Shown piece after piece: positions 48,160-57,216 of a stretch of 64,000 nt of DNA. A model generated the notes under the pieces. It searched no databases. It had not been told where the DNA came from and saw only the letters and a program-made list of their open reading frames with translations. Positions within the stretch are counted from its first letter, which is position 1. Each line of letters opens with the position of its first letter. Source of the DNA: an uncultured virus (IMG/VR IMGVR_UViG_3300028571_002018) (lineage: Duplodnaviria > Heunggongvirae > Uroviricota > Caudoviricetes); the IMG/VR virus record IMGVR_UViG_3300028571_002018, one strand, 5' to 3'. A program made the position numbers and the translations under genes.

Positions 48160-48372
48160 GTGGAAACCAAACATCTGGGACAAAAACAGCTCGCAGCCCG
48201 TTGGAGCATCAGCGAGGCCAGTCTTGAGCGCTGGCGCAGCGAGGGCATTGGCCCGAAGTTCCTAAAACTCCCCGGCCGCGTCCTCTACCGCCAGGTCGAC
48301 ATCGAAGCCTTCGAAGAGTCTTGCCTGTCAACATCGACAAAGGCCCTGGCTGGGCCGGTTAGATTCGAATGA
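48160..48372 (+). CDS. AlpA/excisionase-like HTH protein
   Basis: QLAARWSISEASLERWRSEGIGPKFLKL; AAGGA SD and GTG start. Confidence 0.7.
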   Translation: METKHLGQKQLAARWSISEASLERWRSEGIGPKFLKLPGRVLYRQVDIEAFEESCLSTSTKALAGPVRFE

Positions 48373-48565
48373 AAATGTTGCGTTTTGTCGGCATTTCTGC
48401 ACAAGTGCCGACGTTCTAGATTGGACCCAAACGAAGCAACTAACCAAAAACACACCCAATTGCACCCAATTGTTGAAATGAAGCGCCTATCCGCGAACTG
48501 GGAAAACACCGGGAACCACTCACCTCCGGTGGCGTATCAAACACTCCGTTGCTTGTCTTGCGGGC

Positions 48566-49411
48566 TCAGATGACCCCGACAGCTTGAAACTTACCGCGCA
48601 GTCTTTTCACCACATCGACCAGCACAATTGGATCAAGCTGGTTCTTTTTCAAAAATGCCTTCCACTGAGTTTGCTTGGTTACATCTCCTGCAAAGGCGTC
48701 TGTAAAGCCGACGGGCACCGTGATCGGCATGGGCATTTTGCGGCGCTCAAAAGTTGCTTCAATGGCACGGCGCACTTCGGATGGGTCAAGCGTGGTGTCA
48801 TCCAGTAGCACCCACAAATCGAAGTAATCCTTCATTCGTGTGTTGGCCAGCCCCAGCAGGCACACGGCATGGAATTTCTCGGCGACGACCGTGTATTTCG
48901 GATATGCCCGCAGCTGCGGTGCCGGAAGATCTTCCAACAGTACCGGATAACTGATCGCCTGTGGTGCCGGAGTCACCGCGTCACCGAACCCGATGTCAAC
49001 TTGCAGAGCAATGCGCGCACCATCTAGCTTTGCCTGAATGTCGATCCGCACTCCGCCATAGCCAGCCTCCTTGCGGATGACTGAACCCTTGACTGAATCG
49101 GGGTCAAACACCACCCCGTCTTCCGATGGGGTCAGGCAAATTTGGCGGAAAGTCTTGACTGCTGTTTCAACGTCGTCCGGGCCAAAGCCCAAAAGATCAG
49201 CATCACGGGTGGGCCGGTGCGCGACGTCATACCAAAGCGTAAACAGCAGCGCCCCTTTGAGCAGAAAATTTGAGGCGTGCTCGGAAACGGACAGTCGGTA
49301 CAGCAGACGCTCCAGACCGTAATGCGTGAGCGTCAAATTGAAGTCTTGCTTGGTCGCATCAGCGTGTTGCTTCAAACGCGCCCGGACCGATGCAGCCAGA
49401 TTTCGACTCAT
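48566..49411 (-). CDS. abiEii: AbiEii nucleotidyltransferase toxin (type IV TA)
   Basis: LERLLYRLS, LKGALL, RPTRDADL, DIGFGD, AEKFHA, RMKDYFD. Confidence 0.9.
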   Translation of the reverse strand: MSRNLAASVRARLKQHADATKQDFNLTLTHYGLERLLYRLSVSEHASNFLLKGALLFTLWYDVAHRPTRDADLLGFGPDDVETAVKTFRQICLTPSEDGVVFDPDSVKGSVIRKEAGYGGVRIDIQAKLDGARIALQVDIGFGDAVTPAPQAISYPVLLEDLPAPQLRAYPKYTVVAEKFHAVCLLGLANTRMKDYFDLWVLLDDTTLDPSEVRRAIEATFERRKMPMPITVPVGFTDAFAGDVTKQTQWKAFLKKNQLDPIVLVDVVKRLRGKFQAVGVI

Positions 49412-50025
49412 GTTGTCACGCTTTCCAGGTATGGGCGCATGACATTGGCCACGCGGTCAACCGTCGCGAAATGCCAGATTTCGTCCATTGTGAATTTTCG
49501 TTGCGCCCAGCCATCGCGTAGGGCTTCCAGGGCAACGTCCAGCCCAATTTTGTTGCGGTATTTGAAGCAGTCCGCCACTGTCTTGGCAGCGTTAAACACC
49601 CGCACGCTCACGCCATCAACCTGCAGTTGTTCAATGCCATCTGTGAAAGCCACCCCTGACATGCGCACGGCGCGAATTTTGGGCTGGTCAAGCCTTGGAA
49701 TGGGTGCCCGATGTTCAATGGCAAGCCAGACCTCAAAAGGTGCCTGTGTCCCGATGCCATGCACCCGCAGTGCCGAAAGCAGGCAAACAACTCCGTGCGG
49801 TACACGCAGCGCCACTTCCGCCAGGGACCGGTGCTCGCTGATTGCCTGCCCTGGCAGGCCATAAACTCCTCTGGCAACTCTTTCGAGCTTCCCTGCGGCG
49901 ACCAGTCGGCTGAGCACTATGGTTGGCAGTTGCTGCTGCGCTAGGTCCCGAGCACGCAGCAGCGGTCTTGCCCTGGCAAGTTCAAGGACAGCCTGCTCAT
50001 GCGTCGGATTGGGCCGAAAATTCAT
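49408..50025 (-). CDS. abiEi: AbiEi antitoxin (type IV TA)
   Basis: wHTH LERVARGVY, VVCLLSAL, KTVADCFKYRNKIG. Confidence 0.9.
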   Translation of the reverse strand: MNFRPNPTHEQAVLELARARPLLRARDLAQQQLPTIVLSRLVAAGKLERVARGVYGLPGQAISEHRSLAEVALRVPHGVVCLLSALRVHGIGTQAPFEVWLAIEHRAPIPRLDQPKIRAVRMSGVAFTDGIEQLQVDGVSVRVFNAAKTVADCFKYRNKIGLDVALEALRDGWAQRKFTMDEIWHFATVDRVANVMRPYLESVTT

Positions 50026-50035
50026 AGTGCAAGTA

Positions 50036-50083
50036 TGTTGCAATATCTATGCATTTGTCAATAAATTACACGCTATAGCAACA
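50036..50083. promoter_or_regulatory. Inverted repeat upstream of abiE (probable autoregulatory operator)
   Basis: TGTTGCAATA ... TATAGCAACA (9/10); AbiEi proteins are known to autorepress at promoter inverted repeats. Confidence 0.55.
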
Positions 50084-50144
50084 AACATGCTTACTTGATC
50101 ATCCATTCTTCCTGACTTTGTACAAACGTCTGACTTGCGGTGAC

Positions 50145-51089
50145 TCAAGATAGTGAGGCATCGACTTCGTTCAGCAATTCACGTGTCAGTCGGTATATGC
50201 CCGGTCGTTTGCTTTCTCGCGGGCCAGCGACATTCAGGGTCTTGATTTCGTGCTGACGCAGCCATTCGAGAACGCACTTCGCCGATTCCCCGCTAACGCC
50301 CTGATCGGCCTGAACCACAAGGAACGGCTTGTTCAATCGCTCAGCGAAGACCTGGGTGGCAAGTGTCCCCCCATCCATTTCACCGCAATTAACAATCAGC
50401 GTGCCATCACTCTCCTCAACATTACGGCGTGTACGCTGCCGGTAGCCACCGTGATCCAACTCAACCAGCTGATACTTCATGGGAATCTTGCGGTCCTCGG
50501 CTTCGCGACCCTGAGGTGCCCATCCACCGTGCGTGTAACCGTGCTCAATGGCAAAATCCAACGCGCCACGATCCGCCCCAGTCTGGCCGCCTGAAATAAT
50601 ATGCTGGCAAAAGCGAACTGCCTCGAAGTTTGATCCGCGAAACGTCGGCAAATGCATCAACGCGCCATCAGCAAGGACTTCTGTGCGCTCGGCGAGTCGA
50701 TGGTTAGGGTCTTCACAGGGTTTGTCGTAAACGACGCGATAGTCTTCACCAACCTCATCCTTCAGCAAACGCGCCAGGTGGACACCACGCGCATGAAACT
50801 CAAGCCAATCCCAATCACTTGCATCGAAATCTTCAGAGTAAAACCGCGTGCGGTCAAAGGCGACGGCCCAGTCTGCAAACTTTCTCCAAAGAACTTCCGA
50901 CATTGGACATGATTCATCCCAGCCGGTGCCATCGCATATATTGCCGCCGATGCCCAATTCATTAGGTGCATCGACAAGCCACAAGAATGGCGCATTGCCA
51001 TAGTCCACCATCACGGTGAGGACGGGAATAAAGGGCAAATTTTCAGCATTCATGATGGCGGGCTTTACGTTTTGGAGATACCAATTCAC
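50145..51089 (-). CDS. Unknown N-terminal domain plus circularly permuted YpsA-type SLOG ('putative molybdenum carrier') domain
   Basis: IISGGQTGADRGALD, RTRRNVEESDGTL, GGTLAT, LNVAGPRES. Confidence 0.8.
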   Translation of the reverse strand: MNWYLQNVKPAIMNAENLPFIPVLTVMVDYGNAPFLWLVDAPNELGIGGNICDGTGWDESCPMSEVLWRKFADWAVAFDRTRFYSEDFDASDWDWLEFHARGVHLARLLKDEVGEDYRVVYDKPCEDPNHRLAERTEVLADGALMHLPTFRGSNFEAVRFCQHIISGGQTGADRGALDFAIEHGYTHGGWAPQGREAEDRKIPMKYQLVELDHGGYRQRTRRNVEESDGTLIVNCGEMDGGTLATQVFAERLNKPFLVVQADQGVSGESAKCVLEWLRQHEIKTLNVAGPRESKRPGIYRLTRELLNEVDASLS

Positions 51090-51125
51090 TTTCTAATTGC
51101 AGTCTCCTCTTTGAGCTAGAAGTGA

Positions 51126-51944
51126 TCACCGAATGATCTCGATGATTTCCCATGCATCTTTGTTGTAGATAGGTGACGGGTGGTACTTAAATTTCACAGC
51201 AGTCTTACGGCCAATGTCTTCCCGCAATGCTCGACAAAATGAACGTCCACTTTGCAGATACGCTAGGTAAGCAGGAATCTCCGACTCACTATTTGGAAAC
51301 ACACCGATCGACTTCCACGCCAAATACGCTTCCATTAGTTCGGCTTCAAGATTGAGGTCTTCCATTTGGTATCCAACCCCGCCAACAGTGACAAAGCCAT
51401 GGTACGCATCAACCACCACTTGACAAGCCAAAATTCGCCGATCAGGCTCCATCGTATGCGCAGAAAACGGTCGTGTTTCCAGTGCCAATACCTGTTCGAG
51501 TTCGACACCATGAACTTGGAACTCACACGGAATCGGTGCTGATATGGCCAGCGATTTGATTTGCTTGATGCCCGAGTCAATTGCATCTATGTATTGCTCA
51601 GGCTCAAAAACGAAGTGCTCAAACGTCGTTACACCATGCTCCCACAGGTCAGGGGTGTCCTCATTGACTGAAAGCGGATCTGGACTTTTCCACGTGATCT
51701 CTTTATGAGAGTGTCCGACTTCAATGCCTTGAAAGATACCTGCGCACCCGGGTTGACCGCATCCGCAGGTGAAAATGTCAAGCTCGCCTGACCACTGACA
51801 ACTTTTGACAAGACTGGTTAAGTCCAATGGATGCTCTGGGTGAAACTCGACACCATTGATTTTTAGTCCGTAATCAACAACAGACCCCGAGTACCCTGGT
51901 GAATCGACCATGACTACTTCTAACTCGATGGTGTCGTACTTCAT
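51126..51944 (-). CDS. Hypothetical protein with CxCxxxxC motif
   Basis: IFTCGCGQPGCAG; the C-terminus resembles the N-terminal domain of the next gene. Confidence 0.7.
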   Translation of the reverse strand: MKYDTIELEVVMVDSPGYSGSVVDYGLKINGVEFHPEHPLDLTSLVKSCQWSGELDIFTCGCGQPGCAGIFQGIEVGHSHKEITWKSPDPLSVNEDTPDLWEHGVTTFEHFVFEPEQYIDAIDSGIKQIKSLAISAPIPCEFQVHGVELEQVLALETRPFSAHTMEPDRRILACQVVVDAYHGFVTVGGVGYQMEDLNLEAELMEAYLAWKSIGVFPNSESEIPAYLAYLQSGRSFCRALREDIGRKTAVKFKYHPSPIYNKDAWEIIEIIR

Positions 51945-51963
51945 ATGAGTCCTGAATGATCAA

Positions 51964-52737
51964 TCACATCCGATAACGCATCGGAGCAGATTGCCGCTCT
52001 TTAATCATCTTTGAAATTAGCTGTCCGGTTACATCATCCTTTTTGATGTCCATCGATGAAATCAATAATTCAGCCTCGTCAAATCGTCCTTGCTCCCTAA
52101 AAAGATCGACTAGATCGATGACATACCCCTTGCGAGAAGTTTCCCAGCGGTCAAATAGAACTTTGCTGAGACGCTGCATGTTTTGAAGTTGCACATCCGT
52201 TGGATCGAAGGCCGGATAAGTGAACGGACTGTTTTGTGGACGTCTGTATTCCGGTGGTTTTCGACGAAGGAACTTGTCCCACCAGGTTCTGCGATCTGGA
52301 TTTGCTACAACCCATGCCGTTTTGGTTGCGGCCTCTTCAGCATCCCTGTGCTGACGGTATCTATCACGGTACTCGTGATTGAGATGTCTCCAGTAACCCA
52401 GCCTAGCCGCGACCTCCATGTCCTCACTGCTCGCCTTTGAGATGCACTCGGGCAAAAGATCGTCGGGCACATGATCCATAAATGGCAGTTCATTGGACTC
52501 ATCGTCGTCCGCACTGGGTGCTGCTGGTCTCTCGATTGAGACCATGTCCTTTATCAGGACAAACCGCCCACATTTGCACCGTCGCAAGCCTTCGTCGTTC
52601 GGCATGAGTGACCACTCGCGCCAACCATCCGTCCAGTATTCAAATGCCGAAAAATTCATCGACACGTATCTTGGGAAGGCATATTGCGCACCACAGCACG
52701 GCGCTGCCATGATTCGAACACCACGAACGATGGTCAT
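51964..52737 (-). CDS. Hypothetical Zn-ribbon/helical protein
   Basis: PCCG...WTDG...RCKCG, and a TPR-like DLFREQGRFDEA. Confidence 0.65.
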   Translation of the reverse strand: MTIVRGVRIMAAPCCGAQYAFPRYVSMNFSAFEYWTDGWREWSLMPNDEGLRRCKCGRFVLIKDMVSIERPAAPSADDDESNELPFMDHVPDDLLPECISKASSEDMEVAARLGYWRHLNHEYRDRYRQHRDAEEAATKTAWVVANPDRRTWWDKFLRRKPPEYRRPQNSPFTYPAFDPTDVQLQNMQRLSKVLFDRWETSRKGYVIDLVDLFREQGRFDEAELLISSMDIKKDDVTGQLISKMIKERQSAPMRYRM

Positions 52738-52853
52738 GCTGCATTCTGCTTTCTCAACTCATGCCAGCCGTGAACGGATGTTTGACAACGTGCATTGGTC
52801 AAGGTTGACCATGCCGTATCGATGTGATGTTCGATCATCCTATTGAGTTGCCG

Positions 52854-53387
52854 TCAGAGCAGTTCTGACTGTCTGGCAAACAGACCATCGAAGGTTGCTT
52901 CAAGTCCAGGGTGAATGCCACGTACACCAGCCACCACGCGAGCCGCCCAATCAAAATAAGCTTTCTTTCGCTCCGCAGTCCAATCCGCCGGTGGCGATGC
53001 CAGGATGTCTCTCAAATTACAAATTTTGTCAGCCAGCTTGACCAATTTGGCTTCGGAGGACATAAGAGGCGCGTGCCGCACCTGTTCCTCTTTTCGAACT
53101 GCCTTTTCCAAGCTTTTGTCATCGGTCACTTCCAGCACGATGCTCGTGACCTTGTCTCCAAAAATATCTGCCAACTCTTTTGCGGTCGTATCGGTGTCTT
53201 CAACGGTGTCGTGCAGCATCGCTGCACAGATCACATCCGGGTTTTCGACACCGCCCTCAACGGCAAGAACGCTGGCCAACGCCAACGGGTGGTTGATGTA
53301 GGGCGAGGCATCGACATCTTTGCGACGCTGATTTTTGTGCTTCTCGGCTGCAAATTGGGCGGCTTTCACGATTGCTGCAACTGTCAT
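52854..53387 (-). CDS. Mesh1-like stand-alone HD hydrolase (small alarmone hydrolase family)
   Basis: AAEKHKNQRRK...PYINHP...AAMLHDTVEDT...VKLADKICNLRD. Confidence 0.88.
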   Translation of the reverse strand: MTVAAIVKAAQFAAEKHKNQRRKDVDASPYINHPLALASVLAVEGGVENPDVICAAMLHDTVEDTDTTAKELADIFGDKVTSIVLEVTDDKSLEKAVRKEEQVRHAPLMSSEAKLVKLADKICNLRDILASPPADWTAERKKAYFDWAARVVAGVRGIHPGLEATFDGLFARQSELL

Positions 53388-53470
53388 AATTTTCCCTTTC
53401 TGTATTTCATCCCTTGACACGCACCGCCGAAATCACGGTGTTCGATTTTTCATTCCGACATATTTCAGTC

Positions 53471-53652
53471 GGACAGCCCTGCGGATTCGAACCGCAGTCA
53501 GTTGAAAGATTGGCCTCCTTTTCAGCACCGGTTGCCTGGTTTCCCAACCATCCAGCGGCTTCGTAGATAAATGACAAAGGTGCCCAACCATCCCCTTGCC
53601 CTCTCAAACGTAGCGAGCACTTTTCACCATGCTTCCAATACATCAGGCTGTC
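53471..53652 (-). ncRNA. tRNA-like RNA with an insertion of about 120 nt in place of the anticodon loop
   Basis: GACAGCC/GGCTGTC acceptor, ATGT-ATTGGAA-GCAT D arm, CTGCGG-TTCGAAT-CCGCAG T arm. Confidence 0.65.
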
Positions 53653-53656
53653 TACT

Positions 53657-54853
53657 TCAACCTTTGACGCAGACGACTTGCTTGAGCGTGTGCAGAATCT
53701 CCGTCAGGTCAGCCTGATTGGCCATGACCTGATCGATGTCTTTGTAGGCACCCGGAATCTCGTCAATCACATCCTTGTCCTTGCGGCAGATCACACCTTG
53801 GGTTAGCGCCACCATGTCAGCTACCGTAAATTGCTTCTCGGCGGCGGTTCGACTCATCTTGCGTCCGGCACCATGGGCGCTGGAACAAAAGCTCTCAGGG
53901 TTACCAAGGCCGCGCACAATAAAACTGCGCGCACCCATGCTGCCTGGAACAATTCCCAGGTCACCGGCACGGGCACGAATGGCACCCTTGCGGGTCACCC
54001 AGACGTTTTCGCCGTAGTGGTGCTCTTGCGCAACATAGTTGTGGTGGCAGTTCACAGCCTCGGTCGTGACAGTAAAGGGGGGCAGATGGCGCTGTAAGGC
54101 AGCCAGCACCAGTTCTAACATCGACGTGCGGTTCTGCATCGCGTAATCCTGCGCCCAGTGAACCGCTTCCACATAATCTGCAAAGTGTTCAGAGCCTTCA
54201 GGGAAATAGGCCAGATCGCGGTCGGGCAGCTGGATCATCCAGCGTTCCATGTCCTTGCGCGCCAAAGCAATGAAGTAACTGGCAATCGCGTTACCAATGC
54301 CACGGCTGCCCGAATGCAACATAACCCACACCTGGTTAGTCTCATCTAGGCAGACTTCAATGAAGTGGTTTCCACCACCGAGCGTGCCCATCTGGTTGGC
54401 CCACTTGGAGAACTTACCAAACGCTTTGAGCAGTTCGGGGTGGCGATCAGTCAACGATTTAAGGCCTGGCTCAAACGGTTTGGAGGCATCGACCAGTACC
54501 CGCTCATCGCTATGCTGGGCACGACCGACCGGCACATCTCGACTGATCTGGTCAAAGACTTTTTGCAGCGCTTTTTCGTCGATTTCATTGGCCGTCAGCG
54601 ACAAACGTGCCGCCACCATGCCACAACCCAGGTCAACACCGACCGCAGCTGGAATGATGGCTTTATGGGTGGCAATCACCGACCCGATGGTGGCACCAAT
54701 ACCCAAATGGACATCGGGCATCGCCGCCACATGATGGTGAATGAATGGCAAACTTGCAATGTTGGTCAGTTGCTCAATTGAGCGCTCGTCCACATCGTCA
54801 GTCCATATCTTGACCGGAACTCGCTGGTCCGCAATAACTTTTTTTATGGGCAT
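53657..54853 (-). CDS. rtcB: RtcB RNA 2',3'-cyclic phosphate ligase
   Basis: MPDVHLG, VGVDLGCGM, GTLGGGNHFIE, HSGSRG, HHNY, PGSMG, SAHGAGR, DEIPGAYK. Confidence 0.95.
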   Translation of the reverse strand: MPIKKVIADQRVPVKIWTDDVDERSIEQLTNIASLPFIHHHVAAMPDVHLGIGATIGSVIATHKAIIPAAVGVDLGCGMVAARLSLTANEIDEKALQKVFDQISRDVPVGRAQHSDERVLVDASKPFEPGLKSLTDRHPELLKAFGKFSKWANQMGTLGGGNHFIEVCLDETNQVWVMLHSGSRGIGNAIASYFIALARKDMERWMIQLPDRDLAYFPEGSEHFADYVEAVHWAQDYAMQNRTSMLELVLAALQRHLPPFTVTTEAVNCHHNYVAQEHHYGENVWVTRKGAIRARAGDLGIVPGSMGARSFIVRGLGNPESFCSSAHGAGRKMSRTAAEKQFTVADMVALTQGVICRKDKDVIDEIPGAYKDIDQVMANQADLTEILHTLKQVVCVKG

Positions 54854-54871
54854 AAATTTTTCCCTCGCTTT

Positions 54872-56131
54872 TCATTGGTCCAGCAATGGCAGCTGTTCTG
54901 CCTTCGCTGCTGTGAATTCGGCAAACGGCTTGTCCCAATCTTCATAGGGAAATGCGTCGCGAACTTTTTTCTGAAAATCGCCACTGGCCAAAGTTTCGTA
55001 GGTCACACCCTTGCGAACGCACTCCAGCTTCATATCTCCAACGACACTCTCTGCAGTTGGAAAAACCTCCTCAAGACGCTTGGTCAAATAGAGCGTCACA
55101 TGATCGACCGTTACTTTTCCAGTAACTTGATCAATCAGGTCTTGCGGCGGCTTCTTCTTGAGTGCGGGAGTCAGTCCCTCCACTAATTTGTTCCTCGACG
55201 AAGCAATTTCCTTCGTAAGTCGCTCGACCACAGATTCACGAAACTTTTCAATGTCGGCCCGAATCGCTTCAATCAGCGAATCGACCTCCTTGCGCTTGCT
55301 GCGAAGAGTTATGGCACCAATGTCACCAATCGGACGGACAAATCGATCACGCAACTTGCGCACTCTGACTTCGACGGCATCAGCATCCTGACCAACTTTG
55401 CTTTTTCCATCCAACAAGTTGAAACTTGTGCGCAATCGCTTTGACGTGGCTTCGTCGCGCAAGGCCAGGATCAAGTCTTGCGGTAATTTGACGGTGTGGC
55501 GGGTAATTTGCAGGCCAGTCAGCCGCAGCTCAATGAACTCGACGTATGCGTTGAATACTGTCAGAGTGCGTGTAAGGTCAAATCGTTGCGGAGGATTCTT
55601 CACCATCTCAGCTTCCACAGCCTTCACATGGGCATCGGTTAACGGCTCCTTACCGATTTGTGGAGGGGTTGGCTTTATCGTTTCTTCGCTCGGACTACTT
55701 TTCACGTAGTCAGGGGCGACCGTGGCGAGCACACCATCAACTTGCTCTCGCGAAAGAATTAAGGCATTTGGACCACGCGGCAGATTTGGGTCTTCCACCA
55801 TCATGGCAGGAAGCATGAAAACCATCGCCAGATCATCCACCACCAGAAGACTCATGCGCAAGCCCTGCTCGACTCGCACATCGACATCGTGCTCCAACAA
55901 CATCGGCATGGGGTCAGTCTGGCCATACCCCAAACGCAGGGCGTTGGCACTGCCGTCAAGTACGACCCTAACGCGGCTTTTCACGAGACGTTTTCGAACT
56001 TCAATGAGCGCCCCTGCCACCGTGTCAGTTACCCCTGGACCAGCATAGACAGCACGGACTTTTGCCCCACGAATCATCTCTGCCACATCGTCATCTTTGA
56101 TTACTTTAAGTTCCAAGTTGTGTCCCTCCAA
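54872..56131 (-). CDS. Hypothetical protein; degenerate PLD-like N-terminus plus helical C-terminus
   Basis: VYAGPG...VRVVLD...LRMSLLVVDD spacing resembles the PLD fold but without HKD; 18 bp upstream of rtcB. Confidence 0.65.
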   Translation of the reverse strand: MEGHNLELKVIKDDDVAEMIRGAKVRAVYAGPGVTDTVAGALIEVRKRLVKSRVRVVLDGSANALRLGYGQTDPMPMLLEHDVDVRVEQGLRMSLLVVDDLAMVFMLPAMMVEDPNLPRGPNALILSREQVDGVLATVAPDYVKSSPSEETIKPTPPQIGKEPLTDAHVKAVEAEMVKNPPQRFDLTRTLTVFNAYVEFIELRLTGLQITRHTVKLPQDLILALRDEATSKRLRTSFNLLDGKSKVGQDADAVEVRVRKLRDRFVRPIGDIGAITLRSKRKEVDSLIEAIRADIEKFRESVVERLTKEIASSRNKLVEGLTPALKKKPPQDLIDQVTGKVTVDHVTLYLTKRLEEVFPTAESVVGDMKLECVRKGVTYETLASGDFQKKVRDAFPYEDWDKPFAEFTAAKAEQLPLLDQ

Positions 56132-56509
56132 ACGCTGATCTAGTAAAAGTCACCTTGGCGTTGAGGGAATCCAGATTTGGACTTTGTGTACCAAAGCGGC
56201 CGGAATGATCAGCCGGCATAGTTGCAACGTCGTTGCAAATAAATGGCAAACTAGTGTCTTCGGCAATTCGAAACCACGAGCGCAATTCGCGATCGTCCAT
56301 CCAAGCACTGGCGAGACAGCCTTGATTTGACTTCTGCTGAAGTAGTTTTACACCCATGGCGGAATCCCATTGGTGAGTCCGTTCGGCAAAAACCTAGGCA
56401 TAGACGAATTTTTGTTGAAGCGCATCGAAATTCATTTCAGTTTGTTCACCAACTGTAGGACTTTCAACGGGCGTAGACGAAAATTCCCCTACTTTATTGA
56501 GATCACACC

Positions 56510-57193
56510 ATGTGGCCATTTTTTAGTAAACAAAAGCAATCGTCGGGTATCACTGAGGTTCATACTGAATCTCGTACCCGACCGATGAAATTTTCACAAC
56601 TCCTAGATGGCATGGGAGACTTTAGTGATCTGGGCAACCACGACACAGCGATGAAGTTTTGGCTGCCCGAGCCCGCCCTTGAAGCTCTCAAGGAGATAAG
56701 CAATTTGAATGGCGACTCTGTTAGTGAAGCTTTGCGCCAGTTTTTTGCTCATCATTGCTACGGCATCTATGCGTTTCAGATGATGAACGCAAAAATTCCA
56801 GGGATTTTCAAAGACCCTGGACCTATTATGTTTTCAAGGGGTCCCAGCAATGATCCTGTAGGTAAAAAGCGTGTTCACACCTATTGGGTTCCCGAGTTGG
56901 GTAAAAACGTTATGCCGATCAAGGTGTGGGTGCCTGCCCGAATCCGAAATGATCTTCAATTGCTCGCAACCCACGTTGAGTTGAATTTGTCTCAATATGC
57001 CAGAGAGATTGTCATTTCTCGACTACTCGGGCATGGAACACTTCCTTACCGGCCAGAAATGCTGGCGGCCAATCCATTACCTGCGGCACACGACTGGTGC
57101 GAGGGAAAAGACGTACCGTTACGCCAATTATGTGATGGTGAAAAAGTTCTCCACGATGAAGTGAAGACAGTTTCCGAATGGGTCGATGCGTGA
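56510..57193 (+). CDS. Putative tandem ribbon-helix-helix DNA-binding protein
   Basis: Two internal repeats: MKFWLPEPALEALKEIS...SVSEALRQFF and IKVWVPARIRNDLQLLA...NLSQYAREIV. Confidence 0.6.
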   Translation: MWPFFSKQKQSSGITEVHTESRTRPMKFSQLLDGMGDFSDLGNHDTAMKFWLPEPALEALKEISNLNGDSVSEALRQFFAHHCYGIYAFQMMNAKIPGIFKDPGPIMFSRGPSNDPVGKKRVHTYWVPELGKNVMPIKVWVPARIRNDLQLLATHVELNLSQYAREIVISRLLGHGTLPYRPEMLAANPLPAAHDWCEGKDVPLRQLCDGEKVLHDEVKTVSEWVDA

Positions 57194-57216
57194 TCTTGAT
57201 CTGGCATTGATAACGT

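Noticed and set aside
53407..53643. 78-aa ORF between rtcB and HD
   Set aside because: No recognisable motif, and it coincides with the tRNA-like structure.
53471..53652. Calling this a genuine tRNA, tmRNA or YrlA Y RNA
   Set aside because: It has no recognisable anticodon loop or CCA and is too short for tmRNA. No Ro60 gene is present, and the topology differs from YrlA.
56106..56357. 83-aa ORF upstream of the PLD-like gene
   Set aside because: No motif; it overlaps a probable regulatory region with a palindrome.
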